DNA of 64,000 bases. Origin: Octopus sinensis (Eukaryota). The stretch lies in assembly GCF_006345805.1 (NCBI RefSeq), contig NC_043021.1, positions 13,950,001-14,014,000 on the forward strand, written 5' to 3'. The notes beneath the pieces are model-generated. The model was not told the DNA's origin, did not search any database, and saw only the letters and a program-made list of their open reading frames with translations. The first letter of the stretch is position 1. Every line of letters starts with the position of its first letter. Shown here one piece after another: positions 41,001-54,370 of this stretch. A program made the position numbers and the translations under genes.

Positions 41001-42049
41001 TTAACTTATTAAGCTAATATCAGGAGTAACTTAAGCAAAATGTTTTTAGAAGGGAGGGGTATTAAAAAAAAAAATGTTTAATACAATATGAACACTTTTA
41101 AATGAAGCAAATTTTGTATGATAGACCCAGAAGCCTTTGGGTAGGGATTGGTATGAAAGGAAACAATAATGTAAAGGACTGAATGATTTGATTATAAAGG
41201 GATTTACATGTAGACCCTATCAACAGAACATCTTCAATGCATGCCTTCTTCCTCACCTACCATATCATTGACATAATGAGCTGCACTGAACAATGGAATT
41301 TGTCACACCTCTAACCCTTCTCCTTTAAAATGCAAAGACTTTCAGTCAATAAAAGAAATGAAAATTATTATCAGCAAATTATTATTATTATTATTATTGA
41401 AGTTAGTGAGCTGGAAGAATTGTTAACAAGTTGGTCAAAATGCTTAGTGGCATTTCTTTCAGGTTTTTACGTTCTGAGTTTCTAATGCTGCCAAGGTTGA
41501 CTTTGCCTTTCATCTGTTTGGGGTTAATAAAACAAAGTATCAATTGAGTACTGGGGCCAATGTAATCAACTACCCCTTCCCCAATAGCTGGCCCGGTGCC
41601 AAAATTGTAAACAATTATTATTATAATTATCAAGTCTGTGGTATCAAAATTAACTTCTTTTATATTTTCTGAGTTCAAACCCTTATGGGGGTCAATTCTG
41701 CTTTTCATCATTCTGGAGTGGTGAGTTGGGGTGAGTCAGTTAAATAAAGAACCAGTCACCATTATTCCCTTCCTTTACCCACTAAAATGTGGGGTCAGTG
41801 TTGTACCTGTTTTACAAAATCAGTATTTATCAGTAAGTATGGTAATGGCCTAGCCATACGTAGGTGATAGAGTGCAAGAAACTAAAGAACAGAACATGGC
41901 CAACATAAGACCCTGCATATGGTTGCTTGAAGTAGCAGTTAAATCTCCTCTAAATTACACATCAGACCATCTTAAAAAGAATGATACACTAAATAATGTA
42001 GTCTAAGGTATATGATGACAAGAAGACAAAAGAAATGTATGGAACATCA

Positions 42050-42260
42050 ATGCTTCTTCCTCCAGTCTTTCACTCCCCATGGGGTGTACTCCAGTGACCT
42101 CAAGTCTGGTCTGTTTTTTCTGCTTTTCCCTAGTTGGGGCCCTGACTTTTCAGATCTGCTTTAATATCCCAACTCCACCTATGTTTTGATGTCTTCACTT
42201 TTGCCTTCCTGATGGGTTCCAAGTCTGAGTATGCATGAGGGGCTTTGGATAAAAGGAAAT
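42050..42260 (-). mobile_element. Decayed RTE LINE ORF2 3' end
   Basis: The reverse strand reads ...LEPIRKAKVKTSKHRWSWDIKADLKSQG..., resembling WNPQGKRKRGRPKxTWRRDLEADxKxxG. Confidence 0.5.
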
Positions 42261-42539
42261 ACAGGAGGAGCAGTTAATTATGATTTTATTCAACATATTC
42301 CCCTCTCAGATTTACACACTTATTGCAGCAGTCCTTCAGTTTCTTTTTTTTTTTGCCCTGTAAAAGAACTTGGAAGGTTGGCCTCCAACCAGGTCTTTTG
42401 TGATACCCTTAAAGCCAGAAACTTTTTAGTAACCCCTCATATATATTTCTATTTCTCTGAGGGAAGGCCACCCCACTCCCAGGTTTTCTTAGTTTTGAAT
42501 TGTCATTAATGGTCTTGTAACTTTGTTTTTATTCTAGGT

Positions 42540-42730
42540 CAGGATGTTAGCCCTGTGCAAATTTATTTTTACTTCAGAGAAGACGTGGCCCATATTACTC
42601 AGGCCTCTGTCCTTTGACTTGTTGGGCATAGGTGGGCTCTAGCAGGAGCTTATGCCCCATTAGCATAGCTCTCAGGGTCATTCAGACACACAAGCCACTG
42701 CACTCCAGCAAGGACTGCTCCCTGTTGTGG
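42540..42730 (-). mobile_element. RTE/Expander-like 5'UTR fragment
   Basis: The reverse strand contains GGCTTGTGTGTCTGAATGACCCTGAGAGCTATGCT...GGGGCATAAGCTCCTGCTAG, recalled as typical of RTE-clade 5' ends. Confidence 0.45.
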
Positions 42731-42749
42731 AAGGTCAGCTGAGATGCTT

Positions 42750-43190
42750 TGACCCATTTAGCACCCAGATCACTCAGTCAAATGTAATGCTTATTAATTC
42801 ATGTTGTCTTGATCATGCACTATCTCATAGCTTAGAGATTTTGATGATGTGATTATTTATTTTTAGAATGAAATTATAAGGGTGTGTACAAGAGGCAAGA
42901 ACTGGCTGGTTAAAAAATAAAACAGATAGAATATTTTGATCGGATATGACCAGTTTAAATGCTACAGTGTTAACCGTTTACTGTTCTAATTATCCTGTTA
43001 AATGTAATGCTTATATATTCACATTGCTTTGGATTAATTATACATTATCTCGTAGACTTTGAAGATATGATTGTATATATTTAGACTGATATTGTAGGGT
43101 AGGTGTGAGAAGCCAGATCTAGCTGGTTTGAACATAAAACAGGTAAGCAATTTTAGCTGTATATGGCTTGTTTAACTGCTACTAAGTCAA
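42750..43190 (+). mobile_element. Head-to-tail dimer of a piggyBac-like MITE sharing a central TTAA
   Basis: Two similar units of about 220 bp (GTCAAATGTAATGCTTATT...ATAAAACAG(A/G)TA...TTTAAATGCTA) are joined at TTAA 42970-42973. Confidence 0.7.
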
Positions 43191-43505
43191 TCCCAAGTTT
43201 GTTCAATCTGGGTTCAAGGCTGACCCAGGACTAAACAACAACACCAGTGTTTGGTTTTAATTCTTTACATCTTGAATCCACATCTTAGTGCAGTGGTGAG
43301 CAACTTTATTTCTTTTCATCTGTCATTCACTCAGCAAATACATATTGATTCAACAGATTATCCACCACCCAGCCACACACCGCCATCCCTAAACCTTCAA
43401 TCACAGCACCCTACACCTCATTTATACCTAAACATTTGTGGCTTTGTAGCCAAAGTAAGGTATCACTATTGCTATTGTTGTTGTTGTTCTTATTATTATT
43501 ATTAG

Positions 43506-44700
43506 AAGGCGGTGAGTTGGCAGAATCATTAGAACACTGGGAATAATGCTTAGCAGCATTTTGTCTGTCTTTACTTTCTGAGTTCAAATTCTGCCAAGGT
43601 CAATTTTGCCTTTCGTCCTTTTGAGGTCAATAAAATAAGTGCCAGTTGAGTACTGGGGTCAACATAATTGATTTATCTCCTACCCCAAATTTCAGGCCTT
43701 GTGCCATTAGTAGAAAGGATTATTATTATTATTATAATAACAAGGTAGTGAGCTGGCAGAATTGTTAGCACACCGGGTAAAATGCTTAGCGGTATTTCTT
43801 TCGTCTTTATGTTCTGAGTTCAAATTCTCCTGAGGTTGACTTTGCTCTTCATCCTTTCAGGATCTATAAATTAAGTGTCAAGTTGAGTACTAGAGGGGGA
43901 GGGGGGGTTTCGATGTAATTGACTTATCTCCTTCCCCCAAATTTCAGGCCTTGTGCCTATAGCAGAAAGGATTATTATTATTATTATTATTATTATTAAA
44001 ATGCAGCAAGTAAGCAGAATTGTTAGGGTATCTGACAACAGAATGCATTGTGACATTTCTTCCAACCTTTTACATTCTGAGTTCAAATTCCACCATGGTC
44101 AACATCGTCTTTCATCCTTTAGAGTGTTGATAAAACTAAGTAGCAGTGTTGTACTGGGGTTATTGTAATTAAATAATATCTTCCCCTCAAAATACCACCC
44201 TTGTAGCTAAATCAGAAACCATTAGGTAAGGATCTGGCAGAATCATTAGCACTCCAGGTAAAATGTTTAACAGCATTTTTTCTGGTTCTTTATGCTCTGA
44301 GTTCAAGTCCTGCCAAGTTCAACTTAGTCTTTCATCCCTTTCAGGGTTGATAAAATAAGAACTAGCTAAACACTGGGGTCAATGTTGTTGACTAGCCCCT
44401 TCCCACAAAATTTCTGGCCTTGTGCCTATAGCAGAAAGAATTATTATCACCATCAATACTATTATTATTATTACAGCAACAAGTTGGAAGAATTGTTAAC
44501 ATGTCGAACAAAATGCTTAGTGGCATTTTGTCAATCTTTATATTCTGAGTTCAAATTCTGCCAGGGTCAACTTTGCTTTTCATCCTTTTACAGTTGATAA
44601 AATAACTACTAGTCAGGCACTGGGGTTGATGTAATTGTCTATTAGCCCTGCCTCCTCTAAAATTTCAGGCTTTGTGCTTATAGTAGAAAGAATTATTATT
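43506..44700 (+). mobile_element. Array of 5 major SINEs
   Basis: Heads at about 43506, 43742, 44000, 44228 and 44478 with (ATT)n linkers. Confidence 0.85.
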
Positions 44701-45364
44701 GATTGTTGTCATTGTTAGTATTTTTTATAACTCTTCAAAAAGATCCTAAGAATATCATTGTGCGTATGTGTGAAGTGTACATATGAATCTGTGGGGTATA
44801 TATAATAAGAAAAATTTACTGAGATAAATTGCACAAACAAAATTTATATATATATGTGTGTATGTATGCATGTATAATTTTGCAAATATATTTAATTTTT
44901 CACCATTTCTTCTTTACTTTTGTAATATTTTTTTGCCAAAATATGAATGTATTACTTGTGTACAGGTGTCAATATGTGCATATGTATGAGTATATAAATA
45001 TGTGTGTGTTTGTGTGCGTATGTGAATATGTGTGTGTGTGTATACACATATGAGTGAGTGAGTGAGTGAAGACATGTGGTCTACTAGTTAGAGTGTCAGG
45101 CTCATGATTGATAGGTCATGAGTTCAATTCTCAGGCAGGGCAACACCTTGTACTCCTTGGGCAAGACACTTCATTTTACCGTGCTTCAGTCCACACAGAT
45201 GATTCTCAAAGTGACTACCATCAGTAACTGAGAGCTAACCTTGAAGAGGACTGGTGTCTTGTTAAGATAGGTATTCCTGTACTCTTGGTCATTTAAATGT
45301 CATACAAACCACAAAAAGTTCCAGTCTAATGGATTTGTGGGCTTGTGACAGACTTTAACTTCTT

Positions 45365-45436
<72 letters not shown>

Positions 45437-47004
45437 CATACACACACAGATGTATTTATGTACATGTATGCATACAGACACGCATATATATATATATATA
45501 TACACACACACGCACACATTGGAAGAAAGACGTAAGCTAAATGTATAATATGCAGAGATTCTGCTTGGACAAAACTGATTTAATCTAATTTGCATAATAG
45601 TTCAGTTATTTAGGAACATATATTAATTAACAAATAACTCATTATGAATGGTACATGACACCAAGGCATGCTTATGGAAGACTATTTTAGTAAACACACA
45701 TTCTTAACTTCAATATGAGAAACATTTACAGCAGTGAGCAGGCAGAATGATTACCATGCCAGGCAAAAGGCTTAACAGTATTTTGTCTTTATGTTCTGAA
45801 TTCAAATGTTGTTGTTCACTTTGCTTTTCATCCTTTTGGGGCTGACAAAATAAGTAAGAGTTGAACACTGAGGTTGATGTAATCAACTAAGTGCCTCCTC
45901 TGAAATTGCTGGCCTTATGTCAAACTTTGAAACTAGTATGAAGAAACATTTATTGTGGTTGTACTGTATGTATTTTCTTTCTGTAACCAGAAAAATGAGA
46001 TTGGCCTTCAGCCAGAATATCTTCTTTATACAGCAAAACAAAAGTGTGTTTATTAAAAAACTTGGGCAATAAGTTTACCTTGCATCTCTTATTTAACCCC
46101 CTGTATAGTATGCTTATTAAATTAATAAATATACATTTAATTATTTGAAGAACATTGTGATAGGTAAAATTTTAAAAAAATAACGAAGATGGAGAGCTTC
46201 TTACAATATGAATGGAAAATGTTTTATAATCATTATATAATTCAAGCACAAAGGTCCATCAGGAAAAGCAAACATCCAAGAAATGTCAGTCTGTACAGAA
46301 CAACATGAATCAACGTGGCAGGTACTGTATAGACTAACTTTTCTTCATTGTTTACTTGTGAGGATGGGCTTCTCTTATCTCAAGTTATATACTTCAAATA
46401 TATAAGTTTATTGAATTTTTCTTTTCAGTATTGTAAGTAGCTTTCTATCTTCATTGTCTTACGTAATTATTTGATTATATTTTTGCAAATCATCAAATTG
46501 TTATGCAATTTAGGTCACAATAATTTTCTTCTGCCTGAGTTTGTTTGTACTCTACAAACTATAAGTAACTGTTCTCTCTGTGGTTACGAAGATGAATAAC
46601 TGATCTCAAAGAAAGCAATAGTAAAAAAGTGAAGTTTAGTCAAAACTTAAGTTGCTTTTCTGCCTATACAAAGAAAAACATATTATTTAGTAACAGAATC
46701 TATGTTCACTCACTAAAATCAGTTATAGCTTAAATATATATTAATCGAAGCCCCGTGCAGTACTTCTATAAATTGAAATAAATAAATATATATATATATA
46801 CACATCATATATAATATATAACATTATATATATATACGTTATATATACATGCACACAAGTGATGAACAAGTGAAAGAAAGCAACACTCAACACATTTAGC
46901 TAGAGTATGTTTAGCAACAGGTTCACAGTGGCCCACATTAAAGTTTCATACTCACAAGAACATGTCCACATCTTCAGATGTTGTTTGGGATTAGGGTAGA
47001 GAGA

Positions 47005-47073
<69 letters not shown>

Positions 47074-47265
47074 GAAATAAATAATGCATGTGAAGATGTG
47101 TAGATGAATGTATGTGTGTGCAAATATGTTTTTTGCCGCATAGTTTTAGTTGAAAACTCTACAATTTGAAGATCCACAAAATATATACTGTCATGACATG
47201 CCAAGTTATCAAATATAGAATTATATATATGTATAACACCATAAATGTGTTTACGTGCATGTATG

Positions 47266-47302
<37 letters not shown>

Positions 47303-47820
47303 TGTACATGTACATTTATAAGTATATGCATAGGTCTACATGCATTATATACATAAACATATATGAATACAATTATATATATATACATACGCACATCTTA
47401 TTTACATCTATACATTGATAATTACAAATAAACATATTTATAAAATGAACATTCATTAACATTAGAATACATCAATTTACATACATATATGCACATATTT
47501 ATACATACATACATACATATATATACATTTATATATATATATATATACATACATACATACATATATATACATACATCTACATATATAAATATATATGTAA
47601 AAGTTTATACTTTTTCTCTTTTATATGTATGTGCGTTTGTATGAAAATATATATGTCTGTACATGCTTGAATGTGTACGTGTGTATGTATATATATATAT
47701 TTGCTTTATATATGTGAAACAGTGGCAAATTTTCCAGGAATTTTAAAAACCTCTTTTATAACTTGTTTCAGGTGGGAAGAAAATTCTTTTCTTTATATTA
47801 TTATAATTACTGTTGTTATT

Positions 47821-48470
47821 AAGGTGGAGAGCTGGTAGAATTATTAGCAGGCCGAACAAAATACTCAGCAGCATTTTGTCTAGCTTTATGGTCTATATTT
47901 AAATTCTGCTGATATTGACTTTGCCTTTCATCTTTCCAGGGTTGATAAAATAGATACCAGTCAAGCACTGGGAATGATATAATCAACTAGACCTCTCCCC
48001 CAAAATTTCAGGTCTTGTGCTTATAGTAGAAAGGATTATTATTATTATTATTAATGTGGCAAGCTGGCAGAATCATTAGCACAATGGGCAAAATGCTTGG
48101 CAGCATTTCATTTGTCTTGACATGAGTTCAAATTCCGCTGAGGTCGACTTTGCCTTTTATCCTTTCAGGGTTGATAAATTAAGTTCCAGTGAAACACTGG
48201 AGTTGATGTAATCAACTAGTCCTCTCCCCCAACATTTCAGGCCTTGTGCCTTTAGTAAAAAGGATTATTATTATTATTATTTGAGAGTTGGCAGAATTAT
48301 TAGTATATCAGTCAAAAATGCTTAGCTACATTTCTTCTGCATATTTACATTCTAATTTCAACCCCACCCCAATGGTCAAATTAGGGGTAAATAAAAAAAA
48401 ATATAGTCAAGTATAGGGGTCAATAAAACCAGCTTGTCCCTTCTCAAAAACGCTGGCCTTTGTTCCAAAA
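47821..48470 (+). mobile_element. Array of 3 major SINEs
   Basis: Heads at about 47821, 48054 and 48283. Confidence 0.85.
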
Positions 48471-49219
48471 TTAGAATGAACTACTGTTACTACAAGCACA
48501 ACCACCACCACCACACCTATTTTATTGTTTGGGGGCAAAAATGAGAAAGAATATTATTTCATATTTTGCTAAGATTTCTTCTTTATTTTTCCTATTTGTA
48601 AATGTACATGGGAGTGTGTATGGTTGTATGGGTGAGTGTGTGTGTGTGTGTGCGTGCGTGTGTGTGCATGCGTGCATGTGTGAGTTGGTTTAGTTAATTC
48701 TATAAAGATGCGTGTGAGTATTTCCTCATATAGTTATTTTTCATTGTCGTGAGGGGCTGTAATTGTTGTTGGTGTTTCTATATTTCTGAAATACCCTTGA
48801 TTTTTTTTTTGTGTTTCTTAATTTTTTTTTCACTCTTCCTAATTTTTATGGTATGAATCTAAAAGTAGAAGCAAAACAGAAACAAAGAAAATAAAAAAGA
48901 GAGAATTCTAATGCTATTTCCTTTCCTCTTCTCCCCCACCCAACCCATTAATCCTAATCCTTGATTTGAAGCACGGAATCAGACAAGAATTACTAACACA
49001 AAGAAGGAAACAAACAATAAACATCATGATTAGGAACATTACTATTATGTATAATATATATATATATGTATGTATAAATAAACACACACATGCATATATA
49101 TGTATATATACACATATCCATGAAACTTAAGTAGCATATACCATATTTGTACTCCTTAAGTACTATATAAAGATCATATATATACATATATACATACATA
49201 AACATATATACATATATAC

Positions 49220-49264
<45 letters not shown>

Positions 49265-49372
49265 ATATATATATACACAGATATATTTATATATATATTA
49301 TATATATATATACACAGATATATTTATATTATATATATACATACAGATATATTTATATATATATATACATAT

Positions 49373-49403
<31 letters not shown>

Positions 49404-49439
49404 CATATTTATATATACATACATATATATATATATACA

Positions 49440-49610
49440 TACATATATACACATACATATATACACATACATATATACACATACATATATACACATACAT
49501 ATATACACATACATATATACACATACATATATACACATACATATATACACATACATATATACACATACATATATACACATACATATATATACATACATAT
49601 ATACACATAC
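49440..49610. repeat. 14-bp-period satellite (ATATATACACATAC)n, about 12 copies
   Basis: Direct reading. It explains the 14-aa periodic [14 protein letters not shown] ORFs. Confidence 0.85.
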
Positions 49611-50055
49611 ATATATATATACATACATATATAAACATACATATATATATTCACCTACATAAAATACACATACATATGCATATTTATGCACATATATACA
49701 CACAGATTGCTAGTATTTTGGCACACACTGATTTGGTGGAGTACTTATGTATGATTCCTAGTTGAAATAGCTTAATTGAAATTAGTGCTTTTCAGTGCAG
49801 TCCACTTTTACATCTATAATACTACTTGAGAAAGGGATGAATGTTAGCTTGCCCTCAAAAAAATATCCTTGAGCATCCTTGAGTAGAGGGGAGTCTACTA
49901 TTGCTATAATAATAATAATGATAATAATGATTATTATTATTATTATTTGTGCACCACTGAAGTAGCTCAGATGGGAGAGAGATTGATAATTTAAAGTTCC
50001 CTGGTTTAATCCCCGTTTCCAAAGATGTGCTTTAATTCTCTTTTACGGCATCAAG

Positions 50056-51600
50056 CTGGCAGAATTCTTAGCACGCCAGATAAAAAGCTTAGCAGCATTT
50101 CTTTAGGGTCTGAGCTCAAATCCTGTTGAGGGTGTCTTTGCCCTTTATCCTTTTGGGGACGATGAAATTAGTACCAATCAAGTGCTGGAGTTGATGTAAT
50201 CAACTTCCCCCTCCCCTCAAAAATTATTGGTGCTGTGCCAAAATTTGAAACCATTAAAGGCGGTGAGCTGTCAGGACTGTTAACACATTGGGCAAATTAC
50301 TTAGTGGCATTTCATCCATCTTTATATTCTGAGTTCAAATTCCAACAAGCTTGATTTTTCCTTTCATCTTTTCAGATCAATAAAATAAGCACCAGTTGAG
50401 CACTGGGGTTGATATAACTGACTTACCCTCTCCCATGAAATTGCTGGCCTTGGGCCAAAATTTGAAACTGCTATTATAATTATTTTGAGGGTGCTGAATT
50501 GGCAGAAACATTTGAGCACTGCAAAAAATTGCATTGAGGCTTGTATTCTAGCTTTTGATATTCTGAATCCAAATCACACTTTACCTTTCATCCCTCCAGG
50601 CTCAACAAAGTACCAATCAAAAACTAGGGCTGATTTAATCAACTGACCGCTTCTCTTTAATATTAGTGTCCTCCCACTCAAATTAGAAGCAATTACTATT
50701 ATTTGTAGGGCAGTGAAAGTGGTGAGCTAACAAAATTACTTAGCATTTTGTCCATCTTCACATTGTGAGTTTGAATGCCACTGAGGTCAACCTTGACTTT
50801 CATACTTTCAGGGTTGATAAAATAAGTTGAACATTGGGATCAACATAATCGACTTACCCCACCCCTAAAATTGTTGGCTTTGTACCAAAGTTTGAAACCA
50901 TTATTATTGGGACAGTAAAAGCAGTGATCTGGTAGAATTACTAAGCATGTCACACCAAATGCTTAGTGACATTTCTTCCAGCTCTTTGCATTCTCAGTTC
51001 AAATTCCACTGAAGTTGACTTTGGCTTTCATCCTTTCCTTTCAAGGTTGATAAAGTACCAGTCAAATTGTGTGATCACTATCATTGATTTGTCCACTGTC
51101 TCATGCCACCTACCCATTGCCCTCAAAATTGCTGGCCTTGTGTGCCAAAACTGCATTAAGATTATTATTATTATTGTGGTGAACGGAGAATTGTTAGAGC
51201 ATTTGAAAAAAATGATTTGCTGTATTTGTTCCAAGCTCTTTACATTCTAAGCACAAAACCCACATTTTATCAACCCCCTGGGTTAGGGTGAAGTACAGGG
51301 ATTGATGTTATCAACTACTCCTCTTCCCTTAAAACTGCTGGCCTTGTGCCTAAATTAGAAATCATTAGTGTTAATGCTGTTAAGGTAGTGAGCTGGCAGA
51401 ATCGTTAGCACACCAGGCAAAGTGCTTAGCAGCATTTCATCTGTCTTTACATTCTGAGTTCAAATTCCGCCAAGGTCAACTTTACCTTTCATCCTTTCAG
51501 GGTCGATAAAATAAGTACCAGTCGAGCACTGGGGTTACTGTAACTGACTTACCCGCTCCCCCAAACTTGCTGGCCTTATGCCAAAATTTGGAACCATTAT
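50056..51600 (+). mobile_element. Array of 7 major SINEs
   Basis: Heads at about 50056, 50257, 50488, 50718, 50920, 51178 and 51384. The units are individually diverged. Confidence 0.85.
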
Positions 51601-51649
51601 TATTATTACCATTGTTGTTGTTGTTGTTATTATTATTATCATTGTAGAC

Positions 51650-51990
51650 ATCGCACAATATGCAATATCATGAGGTTGTTGATTGAAGATATTGTCTACC
51701 GGGGGGTTTGCACTGTTTGCAAACTTCAGACAGACAGTACTTTACGCAATATGCGTGCAGTTCCGAGTAATGCCGACTTTTACAATACATCTAGATTGTA
51801 GGGTATTTCTAAAGTTTCCAGATGTTTTTTTTTCAGACTGGGTGGTATTGAACCCAATGCTCCGATGACAATAGGGACAACCTTTATGTTTGACTCTCGT
51901 AGCTGCCATATCTTAGCGATTTCAATTCTCAGGTTTCCATATTTATCAACCTTTTTTCTTTCTTTTATGATGATATGTTGATCTTCTGGC
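51650..51990 (-). mobile_element. R4/Dong-clade non-LTR 3' fragment inserted antisense into an (ATT)n SINE linker
   Basis: KERKKVDKYGNLRIEIAKIWQLRESNIKVVPIVIGALGSIPPSLKKKHLETLEIPYNLDVL*KSALLGTARILRKVLSV*. (AAT)n lies on both sides in element orientation. Confidence 0.88.
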
Positions 51991-52018
51991 ATTTATTATT
52001 ATTATTATTATTATTATT

Positions 52019-52480
52019 AAGGCAGCAAGCTGGTAGAATTGTTAGCATGTCAGACAAAATGCTTAGCAGCATTTCTTCCAGCTATTTGCATTCTAAGTTC
52101 AAATTCTGCTGAGGTTGACTTTGCCTTTCATCCTTATGAAATTGATAAAATAAGTACCAGCTGAGTACTGGGGTCAATGTAATTGACGTGCCCTTTCTCC
52201 TCTAAATTAGAGAGAATTATTATTATTGATGTTAGTATTGTTTTTATTATTGTTATTGTTAGATTGGCAGAAACAACAGAATATTGAACAAAATAAAAAA
52301 AAAAATGTCAGACATGGTATTTACTTATGACCTAATAATTTCTGAGTTCAAATCCCACACAGGTTAACTTTGCCTTTCATCATTCCGAGGTCGATAAAAT
52401 AAAGTACCAGTCAAATACTGGGGGTTAATATACCAGACCATGTCCTATCCCCACAAATTTGAGGCCTCAGACCTTTTAAG
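52019..52480 (+). mobile_element. Two further major SINEs continuing the array
   Basis: Heads at about 52019 and 52261. Confidence 0.8.
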
Positions 52481-53009
52481 AAGTTGTTAATTTGTGTTTA
52501 CTAATTAATTAAATGTTAATTTCTCTTTCTCTCTCTTATCCCTCCTCTTACTGTTCCCCTTCTCCTCCACCCAATAATAATGCATTCCGCTTTCAATATC
52601 TACTACTACTACTTTTATTATTATTATTATTGTTATTGTTATTATTCATAGCTAATCTGGAAAATTCTTTACTTTACATTTTAAAACATTTCAGAGAGGA
52701 AGCTTTCTTGTATTCCTCAATGGAAATATTTTTCTGTTTTTTCCTTTTTCTGTTTTTCTTTCAAATAATAAATTTGTAGATTGATGAGCAAATTTGTCCA
52801 AGAATGAAAACAAACAAGCAAAAAAAAAAAAACCTACAAAACAAATAAATATAAGATACAAATGACAAAATGTTCGAAAAAAATTAAAAATTGCAAAAGA
52901 AATCCTTTGAATAAAAATTTAAGTTACCAAAAATTTCTATACTTTGTTATTCCTTCTTATTTCTAACTTTTGTTGTCGTTGCAAATTGAGAAATTAATTC
53001 TTAACTACT

Positions 53010-54370
53010 TGGCAAGATGCACAGCTCAATGATTATGGAATCTCTCCAGCTTGAGCCACTCCTAAGCACTGAGAGGTCACAGCTCCAGCACTATAGACAG
53101 AATGGTTAGAATGTTGCAAGAGAGAATCACAAGATAAATTCTTTAAGCTGAGCAACCAGCAAGAGACCAAGAGGAAGACTAAGAATGAGGATGGTCAGAT
53201 ACTAACCATAGTCCTAGTTGGTCATGAATGTTGGATAATGACTGAAGGAGTACAATCACAAGGCCAAAATGAGGGTTTGCTAAAGCATCTCTGAGATAAT
53301 GTTACTTGGCAGGGTACATAGCTTGGAGATAAAAGAGTCTCTCCAGAGGTCAAGCCAATTCTCCACATTGAAATGTCATAGCTTTGATACAACAGACATA
53401 TGAGTAGAATGTCACAGGACAGATTCTTGAAGCTGAGTGAACCAGCAGAAGACTTGGGAGATAGACCAAGAATGAAATGGTTGGATAATATCCATAGTCT
53501 GAGTTGGTCATGGATGTTGAGTGATGACTGAATGAGTGCAATCATGAATACAAGTGGCTGTAATGGGGTTCCTCCAAAGGACCTTTGGAGTACTGTTTCT
53601 TGAAAGGGTGCATTGCAGGGAGATATGGAAGTCTCTCTAAGTCAAGCCACTACTTCTCCACATTGAGAGGTCACAGTTTCAGTATTGTGGACATGTGATT
53701 AGAATGTCACAGGAAAGAATTGCAAGATGGATTCTTGAAGCTGAGCCAAATGGCAGGAGACCTAGGGGTAGACCAAGAATGAAATGGTTGGATAAAATCC
53801 ATAGTCTGAGTTGGTAAGGACTGTTGGATTAAGACATGATTACAATGGCTGAAATGGGGTTCCTCCAGAGGACCTCTGGAATACCATTACTTGACAGTGT
53901 GTATAGCTTTGAGACCAGGGAGTCTATCCAGGTTGAGCCACTTCTCCACATTGAGATGTCACAGATCTGGCACTGTAGACATGTGATTAGAATGTTGCAG
54001 GAAAGAAACACAGGAAGGATTCTTTGAGTGGAGCCAATCAGCAGGAGACCTAAGGAGTAGTCCAAGAATGAGATGGTTGGATAATGTCCATAGTCTCAGT
54101 TGGTCATGAATGCTGGGCAATGCCCGAAAGAGTACAATCATGATTAAAAGTAGCTGAAATGGAATTCATCCAAAGAACCAATACTTGACAGAGTGTATAG
54201 CTCAACGATCATGGAGTCTCTCCAGGTTGAGGTACTACTCTGTATTGAGAGTAGTACTATGGAAATGTGATTAGAATGTTACAAGAAGGGTCACAAGATG
54301 GACTTGTCAAGCTAAGCCACCTGGCAGGAGACCTAAGGAGCAGATGGAGATCAAGATGGTTGGATGATAT
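53010..54370 (+). repeat. Five-unit tandem array (about 283-307 bp period) derived from an RTE LINE ORF2 C-terminal segment
   Basis: CCATAGTC recurs at 53206, 53492, 53799 and 54088. Units translate as GHECWIMTE..AEMGFLQRTSGIPLLDSVYS..ESIQVEPLLHIE.SQ...HVIRM...GR(R)P...PRMKWLDNIHSLSWS. Confidence 0.85.

Noticed and set aside
46411-46438. TTTTTCTTTTCAG-TATT-GTAAGT as a 4-nt microexon
   Set aside because: Not frame-preserving, and no plus-strand host gene is known here. Such juxtapositions occur by chance in AT-rich DNA.
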